Notes: a model not told the origin generated them from the letters alone. DNA of 56,520 nt from Prorocentrum cordatum (GCA_963575745.1 CAUYUJ010000088.1:62001-118520); one strand, 5' to 3'; positions 24,381 through 37,036 are shown, counted from the stretch's first letter. Numbers and translations: made by a program.

Positions 24381-25549
24381 GTTGCTTAAACACGAAACGA
24401 ACTGACGCATTACACCGCGGTGGGGGCGAGGGGCTGGGCCGAAAGCAAACGCATTCACCGCGCCGTCGGCCTCCCTCGCTGCCCGGCGATTCGGGCGGGC
24501 CCGCGGCCAAAATGGCCTTCGCCGCGGGCGCGGCGCGTCTGGGCAAGAGGCGCACCGCCGCAGACAACCTACACAATTCCCCCCCCCCCCCCCCCTTCGC
24601 CCACCGCCGACCCCGCCCACCTCCCGCGTCGCCCCCCCCCCCCCCCCGCTCGCCCCATCGATCGAAGCAGCTTCCCCCTCGGGTCCGTCGAGCAATCGGG
24701 GAATCGTTTCAGTGGGCCCCATCTTGGCCCCGACGGCGCCCCCAAGGGCACCTCACCTCGTCGCCCTTGCCCCCCGCCCTCACCGCCCCCCCCCCCCCTC
24801 GCCCCTCGCGCGCCGCGCGCGCTGCTGCCGCGCCTCGCCGCCCGCGCCGCCGTCGACCGCGGGGTCGGCGATGCCGCCGCTCCCCCGCGCGGCGTTCGAG
24901 CACGGGGCGCGCTCTTTTTTTTGCGCGTGGATGCGGGTGCCACGGAAGCGGACGATGCCGGGGGGGGCGGGGGGGCGATTGGCGAGGGGCCCGATTGGGG
25001 ACAGGGAGAAGGTATAAAGGGGGAGAAGAAGGAATCGGACGCAGAGGAGCGCGGAGATGAATATGGCGAGGAAGGCCAGGAGGAGGAGGAGGAGGGCAGA
25101 GGCTTACGAGGAGGAAGCGGTCGAGGGGGACGATCAGGACGCGAGAAGGAGGGGGGGGGGGGGAGGGGGGGAGGAGGAGGAGGACGGGGGGGAATAGTGC
25201 GAGGGGGGGGGGGGGGCTGGACGTGGATGGGGGTCTCGAGGAGGTCGCGGGATGAGGCTGGGCGGTAGATGAGGAAGCTGAGAACTGCATGCTGCGGCGC
25301 AGCACCTCTCGGTGCATGAAATGACGGCTCGGCCTCTGCAAAAGTTGCTCCCGCGCTTGGTTTACTGGCCCTGGCCCCGCGTGTCCACGTCGGCCGAGAC
25401 TGGTTGCGAAACCTCGACAACCGCCAGCTCGAACTCACGAGAAGTGGCATCACTCACACAAGCTAGCGCGCTCAGGCAGCATGCGGGGTCGGCGGCGCCG
25501 TCGGAGCGGACGTGGCCCCGGCGCGCTTCGCGCCCCTGGTAGGCGGGGT

Positions 25550-26931
25550 TCACCTCCACGGTCTGAACCCTCGCGGCGTGCATGCGCTGCAACAGGATCA
25601 ACGCGGTGCTCGGCGAAGTGGACTGGACCTTGACCAAGTCCATCATCGAGTGCAGGGCGTCCGATGCCGACTGCGGGTTCTCCTCGTGGTCTTTCATCAA
25701 CTCCCCGAACGATTTCAAGAGGATCCCAGCCTCCACGTTCGCCAACGCGGCGGTGACGGCCCCAGTGCTCTCCGACGCCGGCGCGTTGAGCGGCTCGCAC
25801 TCGTCGCGCGCCCAGCGCCAGTCCGACTTGTCCGACTTGGACGCCTCGGCGATCGACTGCCCCTGCGAGGAAGGAGGAATCGGGGCAGCAACGACGACGA
25901 CGACGACGCAGGTGAGGCGACACATGAGGAACCAAACGCCTGGCCATGCAACGCCTTCAGCTTCTTCGCCTCCGCGAAGACGGTCATGTGGAGCTTCTGG
26001 TGCGCGGGCTTCTCGGCGCTCGGGGGGGCGGCTGCGTCGGCGACCTCGGCGGCGGCGGCGGCCGCCGCCGCGACGCCGGCCGCGTCGGCCGCGGCGGTGG
26101 CCTGGGCGCCCTGCTGCAGGAGCGTCTGCGAAGGCGACCGTCGTCGGGCGGGCGAACTGCTGCGAGTCGACGACGCTCTGCGACTTGTCGAGGCCTGCCA
26201 CCGCGGCCCGCGCCGTCTTGGCCCCCGACGTCGGCGCCGCCGCTGGCCGCGCTGGAGACGGCGCGGCCCCCGCTGGCAGCGTCTGGGGCGAGGGCGCAGT
26301 CGGGCGCGGCAGCGCAGCAGGCGCGGGCACCGCCGCCTCCAGGGCGCCCGCGCTCTCCACGTCGACCATCGCCTTGGCGAGCGCATTGGCGGGGATCTCG
26401 CGCTCGAGGCCCCCGTCATTGGCCTCGGCCAGCGTCTCCTCCGACGCCTCGAACTCTCCGCTGATCGCCCCGGACTTCTCGGTGCTAACGCTCGCCATCG
26501 CGCCCTTCCGAACGTTCAGGACTTCGAGCCCCTCGGCCCAGCTGTTCCAGAGCACGCGCGGGGGGCCCGCCTCGTGGCACTTGGCCCAGATCTTCGTGGC
26601 GGACTTGAGCGCGGTCTCTTTGCATGCCGCGGGCCCGCGGGAGGTTGGGCCAGTTCATGCGCCGGCCCTCCGACGCGTCAACGGTCTTCTCGGACTCCGT
26701 CTTCGCCTGCGCGCCCTTGACGTTCGTCGCGCGCTCGGCCCCCCACTTGAGCCTGAACTGATGCTTGGCCTGGGGGCCCTTGCAAGCCTTGAGGGCGCCC
26801 TTGTGTTTCTGGTCGGCGTAGCGGCGGAAGCTCTGCGACAGCCTCTCCTGCGTGAGCGCTCACTTGACCTTCTTGGCCACAGGCTCGCCCTCGGCGAGCA
26901 CAGGGGCCGCGGGCTCGCCCTGGGGCGCCAT
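25550..26931 (-). pseudogene. Decayed hypothetical gene, probable accessory ORF of the adjacent transposase, with one 77-nt GC-AG intron (25863-25939)
   Basis: MAPQGEP...AKHQFRLKWGAE...LWNSWAEGLEVL...EAKKLKALHGQ|GQSIAEASKSDKSDWRWAR...LLQRMHAAR. Removing the intron (cag|gc...cag|g) joins two frames in phase 0. Stops and frameshifts occur elsewhere. Confidence 0.5.
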
Positions 26932-27878
26932 GCTTGGAGATTCGCGCACGGGCGCGAGCTGGCCTCTGGGGGCCAAGGCGACGCGGTGGCAAAGCGCCCC
27001 GACCAACCCTTCGAACTGCGAGGGCACAGATGGGGAGAGGACGAGGCAGGCGCGGGGAGGGAGCACCCCCGCTGCCACTCGGCACGGGGAGGGCGCGGGG
27101 AGAGGAGGACCCGGCGCGGAGAGGAGGGGCGGCGTTTCCGAAATCCATCAAAATTCGATCAAGAATCCATCAAAAATCCATCGTCATTAAAAACCACCAA
27201 ACATCATCACAAATCCATCAACAATTCATCAAATATCCATCAGAAGACCATCGCTGATGGATTTCCGATGGCCCCCAGGGGCCCGGATCCTTCGACCGAG
27301 GGCGATTTGGATGTCGGGCCGCCGCCGCCCCCTCGCCCCGCTCCGCCGCCCCTCGCTTGGGCGGGGCGCGCCCGCGACGCGCCGCCCATAGACAAACGCG
27401 AATGATGGGCGTGCAAGTAGCTGGAGCAGAGCGGACTTGGAAAAGCTGGAGTAGAGCGGATTTGGAAACTTGAACCTCATGCGTGAGAGTGATCGCGGGA
27501 TCAGGGCCCCGCGGCGCCTTTGGGCCATTCCTAGGGCCACCTCAAGGGCGAGGCCGTGGACAGCCTCACTGGCGGCGCTGTCCAAAAACAACACTTTTTG
27601 ACAGCTAACAAGCCAGATGCCCACCGCCGGACCTGCCCTCCTGCAATGCGCGCCAGCGAAGTCCCACAGTCAGCCTGGCAGCCCCGGCCACGCAAGTAAA
27701 GCCAAGGGCTCTCTACATCGGTCATTGTCTGCGAACGCTCTGAGAAACGTAACGCATGTGTCATCATTAAAGGGCAAATAGACTAGAAAAAGAGAGCGGG
27801 GTGGAGTGGTTGGGGGGGGCGATGGGGGGCGGAGGGGGGGCGGGGGGGGGGGGGGGGGGGGGGGGGAGGGGGAAGATG

Positions 27879-28210
27879 ACAAGTTGGTGCCCTCGCGTCA
27901 ACATCTGACATCCTACCCCTCCCCCCCACCCCTTGCCGTGGCGCTGATTTTCTTTATCCGCGGACGCGTGTCGTAGCGGACCTGTGGCTCCGCGCGCGTG
28001 TGCGTAGTGGGTGGTGGTGCGCGTGCGTGCGTGCGCGTGTGCGTGGTTGTGGTTGTTGTGGTGGTGGTGGTGTGCATGTGTGTGTGTGCGCGTGTGCTGT
28101 GGTGTGACGTGGTGTGGCGTCTTGGTGGTTTGGTGGTGGGCCAGGTGCGTGCGTGCGTGATGGCGGTGGTGGTGGTGGCGGTGGTGGTGGTGGTGTGTGT
28201 GTGTGTGTCT

Positions 28211-28252
<42 letters not shown>

Positions 28253-28781
28253 ATGTGTGTGTGTGCGTGTGCGTGCGTGCGTGTGTCTCTGCGTGTGCGC
28301 GCGTGTGATGTGGTGTGACGCGGTGTAGCGTGGTGGTGGTGGGTGGGGTCGCGCGGTGGCGGTGGCGGTGCGCGGTGGTGGCGCGCGTGCGCGCGTGCGT
28401 GCGTTGGCGGGTGGAAGTGGCGGCGGGCGTGCGCGCGGCGGGGCGGGGCGCGGCGCGGCGCGGCGGTGGCGGGCGGATGGGCGCGCGAGAAAGAGGCCCG
28501 CGCTGGGGCGAGAACGCCATCCTGAACGACGGAGGCAAAACGCCGATCCGAAAATGAGGCCCACGCTGCAGCGGGGGCGCGATTCGGAACGATTCGGGGG
28601 CAGAAATGAGGCCGGCGCCCCAGCGAGAGCAGCATTTGAGAAAAAGAAAAAAAACGCCGGCGAAAACCCAGCTCCCGGGAATCCTTCGCGCATTAAAAAA
28701 ACAGCACGCGGGTGGGGGGTCGAATGTTCCCAGGGCGCCATCAGGGGAAGAGGGAGAGTAGCATTCATATTGAGTAATTGT
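27879..28781 (+). mobile_element. Microsatellite-cored non-autonomous element, copy 2 (core (GT)n/(GGT)n/(GC)n)
   Basis: Same left and right arms as 4575-5312, with termini ACAAG...AATTGT. Confidence 0.9.
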
Positions 28782-31599
28782 GGAGGGGAAGGAGGAGGAG
28801 GAGGAGGAGGGGGAGGGGGAGGAGGAGGAGGAGGAAAGAAGGAGGGGGAGGGGGTAGGAAGGAGGGCGAGGAGGAGGAGGAGACGAATGGGGGGCGAAGA
28901 GGACGGGCGAGGGCGAGATGGGGGATAAGGAGGAGGAAGGAAGGAAGGAAGGAAGGAGGAGGGAGGGGGGAGGGGGAAGGGGGGGGGGGCGCAGAATGAA
29001 GAAGAGGGAGGATGAGGAGGTATGAGGAGGAAAGGAGGAGGTGGGGCTATGACAAAGAAGCGGATCACGGCCACGCACATATACCACCCGGGCCCAGTCG
29101 GCTCAACAAAAAACACCCCCAGCCGAAAGCCGCTGCGGCCTTTGCCCAAGTTTTTGATTGCTGGGCCCTAAGGGTCTTGAGGGTCACGGGACATATGTGC
29201 TTTCCCTCATCGTCATCGTCCTCCTCATCCTTCTCATCCTCCCCCACCTCCTCTTCCCTTTCCGCGTCCGCATCCCTCAAACGACCTTTAGATCAGGCGC
29301 CTCCTCTGTTTCCTCATCGCCATCCCCCTCTCATCCGCCTCCCCCCCCCTCAAATTCCCCTGCTCCTGCTCCTGCTGCCGCTGCTCCCTCCTCCACCTCA
29401 TCCTCGCCCCCCCCCCCCCCCCCCCCCCTCCCCCTATCCCCCCCCCCCCCCCCTCTCCCAATGCCATCGACCCCTTCCCATGCGTTGGCCCCGCCGCGGT
29501 AACTCCAGGCGCCGCGGGCAGCTCGTGCTCCTCAGCCGCGGGGCTGCGCGCCCGGTCCACGCCGCGCTCCGCCTCCGCCAGCCACGTGATTCAAGTCTCC
29601 CGCTTATGGCCAGGTTCGCGATGTCGCTCGCGCGCCCGGCATTGGCGATCGCGCGATCGCGCGCCGCCTCCGCGGCCACGAACTCGGGAGTGGCCGTCCA
29701 GGCGGCGTTGAGCGCGGACGCCATGACGGCGTCGGTCTGCGCGAGTTCGGCGCAGGCTGTGGCGACCGCGCGCCAGCGGCGCCTCGCTATGCACCCAGCG
29801 ATCAAGCCACTGGCATCGGAGTCCGACGCGGATGCCGCGGCCCCCCGCGCCATGGACCGCGCCCGCGGCATCGGCCCCCCCCCCCCCCCCCCCCCTCTTC
29901 GGACGCGGCCATCGGCCGTGTCGTTGCCTTCGCCGACGCCCCGCGCAAGCCGCGGGCAACCGCCCTCGCCGCGGTCGCGGGCAGCCGTTTCGGCTGCGCC
30001 CCATTGGGCCGCTTCGCTTGCAGCAGCGGTTGCGAGGGCTCCGCGACCTGCTGCTTCGGCGACGGATTATCCGCTGCCTGCGCTCGCGAGCGCGCCATCG
30101 GCTGCGCGCGGCCGCGATGCGGCCCGCGCCGCCTAAGGTGCCGCCGCCTGGGCGCGCGGCGGCGAGGGTGGCAGCGCCGTTTTCGGCGCCGCCGCCTGAG
30201 CGCATGAAGGCGCCTCTGGCGCACGCAGCCTCTGCAGCCGCTGCCTGAGCGCGCGAAGGCGCCGTCGGCGCAGCCTCAGCAACCGCGGATTCGGCCCCCG
30301 TCGGCGCCTTCGGCGCGGGCGATGCCGCGGGCGTTTGCCCCGACCCAGCGGCGCGACGGCGCGGCGCCCGCGCCCCCGCCGACGCGGCGCGCTGCGGGCC
30401 CGCGGCTTCCATCGGCGCCGCCGCCGAAGCGGCTGGCACCGCCGCGGCAGATTGTGAGCGAGCAGCCTGCTACGCGAGCGACTGGCCCGCCGCAGGAGCA
30501 CGCGGCATAGCCGCAGCATGGCCCGATGGAGCCGCAGGTGGACGCGGGAGGGCTTCGCCAGGATGAGCCGATGGAGTCGAATGAGGACGCGGCAGGTGCG
30601 TTGCCTGCACCGACGGAGTCGCAGGAGGGCGCTGCAGCGCCGCGGCCTGAGCCGACGGGGCAGCAGGATCCACATCAAGAGGCGGGGCCGAAGCCGCCTC
30701 GATGCCTCCGCCGATGCCGCGGAGCATGCGGCTCCCGCCTACCAGCCCCCCCACATCAGTTGCGCTCCCTTTCCGCTTGTTTTCGCCATCCGCCCCCCCA
30801 AATCCGTTCTCCTCACCCCTCCTCATCCTCACCCTCATCAGCATCATCATCACCATCATCAGTTCCTCATACCAGCACGATGGGCTATCGAAGCTACCTC
30901 CAGCTTGGTTTGAAGATCGGGAGGGCCCCCCCTCGCCCTCCTCCTCCTCCTCCTCATCTTCCTCCCCATCCGCATCACCGCCATCGCCCTCATTCGCTGC
31001 GTCCACCCTCCTCCTCCTCCCCCCCTTCTCCCCCTCGTCCTCCCCCCCCCCTCCTCCTCCCCCCCATCCACCTCCGCCTCGCCCACCGCCATCCACCTCC
31101 TCGCCATCCATCTCCTCGCCCGCGTTCGCCACGTCGCCTTCGCCCTCGCCCCATCCAGCCACCCCCTACATATTCCTCGCGCCATCATCGGGCCACTCCT
31201 TGGGGCGCGAGCGGGCTGGGCGGAAAGCTGCCTCTGCCCACCGCCGCCTCACGGCTCGCAGGGGAGGGACACGATCGGGCGCGCGCTGTCCAGGAAGCCG
31301 ATCTGCAGGGCGGGCGCGGGGGAAGGGGGGGCGGCGGCGCGCAGAGCAAGTACGGGGGCGGAGGCGGGATGGGGATCGATGCACCCAAGAGCCCTCGGCA
31401 GCGCCAGTGGGCTCCCATCCCCCGCAGGAGAGTGCGACTGAGCTGGGTGGGGCGGGTGGTGAGGCATGGTGGGGAAGTGTGGGATGCCTACTTCCCAATC
31501 CTCCTCCTCGTCATCCACAATTGCTCAATTTGAATAATACTCTCCCTCTTCCCCTGATGGCGTGCTGGGAGTGGCCGACCCCCCCCCCCGCGTATTGTT

Positions 31600-32944
31600 C
31601 CCTACCTAGGCTCGGCCTAGAAGGGTTCTTACTCTCTTTGCTTAAAGGGCCGGGCAATGGAAACCGCCCCGGGCGGTTCCCCCAGCCCCCGCCCCGCGGT
31701 TCCCCCAGTCCCCTGGGAGCTTTAGCCTTAGCTGTAGCTTTGGCTTAGCTGTAGCTTTAGCTTTAGCTTTAGCTTAGCTTTAACTTAGCTTTAGCTTAGT
31801 ATCAACTTAGCTTTAGCTTGGATTCAGCTTAGCTTTAGCTTAGCTTCAGCTTAGTGCTAGCTTAGCTTTAGCTTAGCTTCAGCTTAGCTTTAGCTTAGCT
31901 TTAGCTTAGTGTTAGCTTTAGCTTAGTGTTAGCTTAGCCTTAGTTTAGCTTCAGCTTAGCTTTAGCTTTAGCTTAGCTTCGGCATAGCTTTAGCTTAGCT
32001 TTAGCTTAGCTTAGCTGTAGCTTAGCTTTAGCTTAGCTCTAGCTTAGCTTTAGCTTAGCTTCAGCTCTAGCTTCAGCTTAGTGTTAGCTTAGCTTCAGCT
32101 TAGTGCTAGCTTAGCTTTAGCTTAGCTTTAGCTTAGCTGTAGCTTTAGCTTAGCTTTAGCTTAGCTTCAGAATAACTTTAGCTTAGCTTTAGCTTAGCTT
32201 TAGCTTAGCTTTAGCTTAGCTTTAGCTTAGCTTTAGCTTAGCTTCAGCTTAGCTTTAGCTTAGCTTCAGCTTAGCTTTAGCTTAGCTTTAGCTTAGCTTC
32301 AGCATAGCTTTAGGTGAGCTGTTTGCTTAGCCTTAGTTTAGCTGTAGCTCAGCTTTTGCTTAGCTTTAGCTTAGCTTTCGCTGGGCTTTAGCTTAGCTTT
32401 AGCTTAGTGTTAGCTTAGCGTCAGCTTAGCTTTAGCTTAGCTTTAGTTCAGCTTCAGCTTTAGCTTTCGCTTAGCTGTACCTTATCTTGAACTTTAGCTT
32501 TAGCTCAGCTTCAGCTCAGCGTTAGCTTAGCCTTAGCTTAACTTTAGCTTAGCTTCAGCTTAGCTTCAGCTTAGCTGGAGCTTAGCTTTAGCTTAGCTTT
32601 AACTCAGCTTCAGCTTTAGCTTTGGATTAGCTTCAGCTTAGCTTTAGCTTTAGCTGGGCTTTGGCCGAGCTTTAGCTTAGCTTGGGCGTAGCTTCATCTC
32701 GGCTGTAGCTTAGCTTCAGCTTAGCTTTAGCTTAGCTTTAGCTTAGCTTTAGCTCAGCTTCAGCTCAGCTTCAGCTCTAGTTTTAGCTTAGTGTTGGCTT
32801 AGACGGAGCTTAGCTTTAGCGTAGCTTTAGCTTAGTTTCAGCTTAGCTTTAGCTTAGCTGTAGCTTAGCTTTAGCTTAGCTTTAGCTTAGCTTTATTGTT
32901 ACTACGAATGCTGCTTTCCTGGGGGCTCCAACTCCTAGGTAGGG
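31600..32944. mobile_element. Nested insertion bounded by 11-bp inverted repeats, carrying the TTAGC array
   Basis: ccctacctagg (31600-31610) and cctaggtaggg (32934-32944) are exact reverse complements. The insertion point corresponds to the contiguous gtgtaaaaaaacagtacgcg of copy 1. Confidence 0.7.
31718..32895. repeat. (TTAGC/TTTAGC)n array with dominant 11-bp unit TTAGCTTTAGC, ~1.18 kb
   Basis: Read directly, with variants TTCAGC and TGTAGC. Confidence 0.98.
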
Positions 32945-34104
32945 TCGCACTGGGATAACTTTTTACACGCAGGATTCCCAGGAGTTGGGTTTTTCGCATG
33001 CGTTTTTTTCTTCCAAAATGCTGCTCTCGCTGAGGCGAAGGCGTCATTTCTGCTCCCGAATCGTTCCGAATCGTGCTCCCGCTGCAGCGTGGGCCTCATT
33101 TTCGGATCGGTGTTTGGCCTCAGTCGTTCAGGACGGCGTTCGCGCCCCAGCGCGGGCCTCTTTCTCGCGCGCCCATCCGCCCGCCACCACCGCGCCGCAC
33201 CACCGCCACCACCACCGCCACCACCACCACCACCACCGCCACCACCACCACATCCACCACGACCACCAGCAGCAGCAGCACCACCACCACCACCGCCAGA
33301 ACCAGCACCCGCACCACCACCACCACCACCACCACCACCACCACAACCACGCGCACGCGCACTTACGCACGCACGCGCACCACCACCCACTACGCACGCG
33401 CGCGCGGAGCCACAGGTCCGCTACGACACGCGTCCGCGGATAGAGAAAATCAGCCCCATAATAAGCGATGGGAGGGAGGGGTAGGACGTCAGATATGACG
33501 CGAGCGCACCTCGCTTGTCCTCCTCCCCCTCCTCCTTTTCCCCCTCCTCATCCTCCTCGTCCTCCTTCTCCTGTCCGCGCCATCTCCGTGTCTCCCGTCC
33601 TCCCTCCTCTCGTCTGGTCCGTCGTCCTACTCCTCATCATCGGCGTCATCATCCTCATCTTCGCCCTCCTCCTCGCTCGTTTGTTTGATCGGGCTTGCGC
33701 AAAATGCGGGCGTCTTCCGCTGGGCGATGTCAGCCTCGGTGGCCAGCAGCTTGCCCGTCTCGAGCTCATCAGCCGCAATCGTCGCCCCCTTCCAGGCAGT
33801 CATTGGGGCAATAGCCCTCAGGGAGCGGCATGCGAGCATCTTCCAGTTCATCACGAAGCGCAGCTGCGGGGCGCGGCTCCTCTCGGGGGTGGCCTTGTCC
33901 TGATAGTCTCGGCGTTGGGCGCGGCGATGGTTTCTCCAGCTCCGCCGGGTAGTCCTGGCAGCGAGCGGGTCGATGCAAGCCGGGGGGGGGGGGCGTCGGG
34001 CTCGGCGCAGCGGCGCGGGGGCGCGAGGGGGGAACAGGTGTGGTATGGGGGGGGTGGGGGGGGGGGGAGATAACAGCGGTTTCATCCGAACAGGGCCTCC
34101 TATT

Positions 34105-34302
34105 CTGTCTCTTCCTCTTTCTCTTATCCTCTCTCGCTTCTCTCTCTCTCTCCTCTCTCATCCTCTCTCTCTCTCCCTCTCGCCCTCTCTCTCTCTCTCT
34201 CCTCCTCACTCTCTCTCTCTCATCTCTCTCTCGCTCTCTCTGTCTCTCTCGTCTCTCTCTCTCTCTCTCTCTCTCTCCTCTCCCTCTCTCTCGTTTCCTC
34301 TC
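34105..34302. repeat. Degenerate (CT)n microsatellite
   Basis: Read directly. Confidence 0.95.
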
Positions 34303-34465
34303 TAGTCTCGGCTCGAGAGTGCCCTGCACTCAGACCGCAGCCGCGACGCGAAGCGCCCCGCCTCGGAGTCAGTCTCCCAGGCCTCGCGAGACCGGAGGGG
34401 TCCCAGCAGGACCCTACTGATTCGCGTCACCTCCTATCCCCCCCCCCACCAGAGTGGCCGCCGCA

Positions 34466-37036
34466 ATGGCCCCCGCCAAGCCGGAGCGCCGTCGCTCTTC
34501 CAAGCAGCCGCCGAGCTCACGTCCTGCAGCTGAAGGGTCTCTCCTCCATCGCAAACAGGACTGCATTGCAGCTTTCAAGCAAGCGGGGTCTGACCGCCCC
34601 ACGGCAGCATACAACGGGCTCGCCGAGCTGAACGCGGACGAGCTGCAGGCCACGTACGACATGCACAAGACCAACACAAAGAAGCTCGGCAGTGCCTTGA
34701 TCCGCATGTGTGCCGCCAACCAGATCAGCTACACGATGGATCACCACCAGCGCAGCAAGCCTAAGCGCAGTGGTGGTGACACACCCTACCCACCAACTGC
34801 GTCCGCACGTCTTCAGGCTGCGGACGCCCAATTCATTGCCTTGGACCCGGCCTTCTGGAAGGTCCCAGTCCTGGCCGAACCCACTTCACTCGACGACGGC
34901 AAGACGTACAAGCCCAGCATCAGCCTCCACGACTACGAGAGTGGCGAGCGGCTGCTGCAGCACCATCTCGAGCAGGGCAAGCGTACCATCGGTCAGCTCG
35001 CGATCGCCGTCATGGGCCCAAAAAACGACAACTACGTCGGCACCGAGCTCGCCGTCCCCGTGCTGAAGCGCCACCCCAAGGCGCCCAACGTGGTTCACAC
35101 GCACGTCCCCGTGACCGTGTACCAGCTGGGCACCAAGGAAGTCGCCTGCACGGAAAAAGTAGCCGTCGCCACCATTGATCCTGCCGACCACGTATGCTGG
35201 AGTCGGGTGACCATACATGAAACCGAAGCCATCGCCGCAGTCCCCTCCATGCATCAGGCCTTCGAGGATCAGTTTTCGGGAGGCGCCCCCGTGAACGGTG
35301 GTCCACGTGCCAAGGGTCCTTTCCGAGGGGATTCCGCTCCACAGGACAAGGCGCGCCAAAACCAAAAGCACAGGGAGTCCAAGAAAGACGCTCGCCGCCA
35401 AGAGCTCGATAGTCAGCTCCAGGACACCTTCAAGGCCCTCTTCCACGGCAACTTTAAAGCCGTCACCATCCTCGAACCCTGCAAAAGCCTAGGCAGGTAC
35501 GGATCAGGCGTAGGAAAGAGGTCCCTGGCTGCCACCTTCGGCGTCAGCCTTCAAGCGGTTGACAAGGTCTTGGCGGGTTCAGGGCAACTCGGCGCCACCT
35601 ACGACCTCAGCAACGTAGGTGCAGACGAGCCCACTGCAGACAAGTACCAGACCGTGTGGTTCCCTGAGGACCAGCCCATCACGATGGCAGATGCGTTCCA
35701 GAAGTCGGTGGACTTCAAGGCCCTAGGAGTCGTCAGGCACGGCAAGTCCGGCTTATTGGGGATCCGTGTTGCACGAGGGTCAGACGCCGCCAAGGCTGCT
35801 GCCGTCAGCATCCGTGGCTGCGAAGCCACCCTCGCCAAGACGCGATACCGCATTACTGGCATTGCGGCACGCCACGCCACGCTGACCCAGCTTGCTAAGA
35901 CTCTCACGGGCCCGTCCGTCAAATGGGACTGTGAGGTCTACCACACCGCCTGGGACCCAGCCACGTCGGCTCAGTTTGCCTTAGTGCGCGCCCATCGTCC
36001 CCCACCCACATATACGGTACAGGTCGCAGGGTGCCCCATCCCGTGGAGCATCACCGAGGCCCCGTTGGCTGAGGTGGTGCCGAAGAGGGACAACGTTACC
36101 ATTGTCACCCCTACCACTATCACAGAGCCTGTGACGCCGCCAGCCCGAGGTGGCGGCTTCAGCCCCGCCACGGGCACACTCCTAACCAAAGCGGCCCAGA
36201 GCCCTTACCTCCACGACCTCATGACTGCCACGCCCAAAGGCAAGGGCGTCGCACCGCTCCCGATCCCCAAGGAGGAGCCTCTAGCCAAGCGCCACCGATC
36301 CTCCAGCGGGAAACGCGACGCCACGCCGCACGCAAGGTCACACGGCGCCCCAGGCCGCAGCTCCTCTGCACCCCCGCACGGCACGGATGGAGCTGCCGAG
36401 CAGACGGCCGTCCAAGGACCAGGTGGGCATGACCCGCAACTTGGCACGGTGGCGGCTGAAGGCGGGGGCCACACGGAAGGGGACGTTGCCACAGCCGCCG
36501 AGGTACCAGGCGACGATGACGGCGTCGAGATCCTCTCATCAGGGGATGAATTCAGCGTGGCATCTCGCGAACTGAACACCCTCGGCGAACGTTTCGCTAC
36601 GGCCCCTAAACTGTCAGATACCGCCGCGACCCGCATCCAACACATGGAACAACAGCACGAGCTGCTTGCCAACACGGTGGATAACATGCAGGTCCAGCTT
36701 GCGGGCGTTCTCTCATCCCAGGCCACACTCACGGAGCACGTTTCAGGTTTGGAACGAGGGCTTGCCACCGTCGTCACCCAGCAACAGACGGCAACTACCG
36801 AAGCTGCTGCACTGCGTGGCGACATCCAGGCCCTCCTCGGGCACCTCACGGGGGGCACCATCCACCTGCCACAGGTGGCCACCCTCGAAACCAAAAAAGA
36901 GGAAGCTGCATCAGTTGCCGATCCCGTGGCTGTCTGCGGGTGGATTGACCAGCCAGGCCAGGTCACCCCAGGGACAGGGCCCCCAGGGGCTGACAAAGGC
37001 AAAGACAAGGGTCGGGCCACTCAGGAACCCTATTGA
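34466..37036 (+). CDS. Putative non-LTR ORF1/Gag-like protein, 856 aa, intact
   Basis: Uninterrupted ORF with GC3 bias. RRM-like alpha/beta segments (KYQTVWFP...LGIRV; RYRITGI...W...LVRAHRPPP), disordered linker, coiled coil (RIQHMEQQHELLANTVDNMQVQL) and KGKDKG tail. Confidence 0.7.
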   Translation: MAPAKPERRRSSKQPPSSRPAAEGSLLHRKQDCIAAFKQAGSDRPTAAYNGLAELNADELQATYDMHKTNTKKLGSALIRMCAANQISYTMDHHQRSKPKRSGGDTPYPPTASARLQAADAQFIALDPAFWKVPVLAEPTSLDDGKTYKPSISLHDYESGERLLQHHLEQGKRTIGQLAIAVMGPKNDNYVGTELAVPVLKRHPKAPNVVHTHVPVTVYQLGTKEVACTEKVAVATIDPADHVCWSRVTIHETEAIAAVPSMHQAFEDQFSGGAPVNGGPRAKGPFRGDSAPQDKARQNQKHRESKKDARRQELDSQLQDTFKALFHGNFKAVTILEPCKSLGRYGSGVGKRSLAATFGVSLQAVDKVLAGSGQLGATYDLSNVGADEPTADKYQTVWFPEDQPITMADAFQKSVDFKALGVVRHGKSGLLGIRVARGSDAAKAAAVSIRGCEATLAKTRYRITGIAARHATLTQLAKTLTGPSVKWDCEVYHTAWDPATSAQFALVRAHRPPPTYTVQVAGCPIPWSITEAPLAEVVPKRDNVTIVTPTTITEPVTPPARGGGFSPATGTLLTKAAQSPYLHDLMTATPKGKGVAPLPIPKEEPLAKRHRSSSGKRDATPHARSHGAPGRSSSAPPHGTDGAAEQTAVQGPGGHDPQLGTVAAEGGGHTEGDVATAAEVPGDDDGVEILSSGDEFSVASRELNTLGERFATAPKLSDTAATRIQHMEQQHELLANTVDNMQVQLAGVLSSQATLTEHVSGLERGLATVVTQQQTATTEAAALRGDIQALLGHLTGGTIHLPQVATLETKKEEAASVADPVAVCGWIDQPGQVTPGTGPPGADKGKDKGRATQEPY

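Larger units (their letters stand above)
31517..33518 (-). mobile_element. Microsatellite-cored non-autonomous element, copy 3, split by a ~1.36-kb insertion
   Basis: Reverse complement of the left arm, core and most of the right arm at 32960-33518, with the last ~83 bp of the right arm at 31517-31599. Confidence 0.88.

Noticed and set aside
31718..32895. True telomere
   Set aside because: It is internal, lacks G-runs and is nested inside another repeat element.
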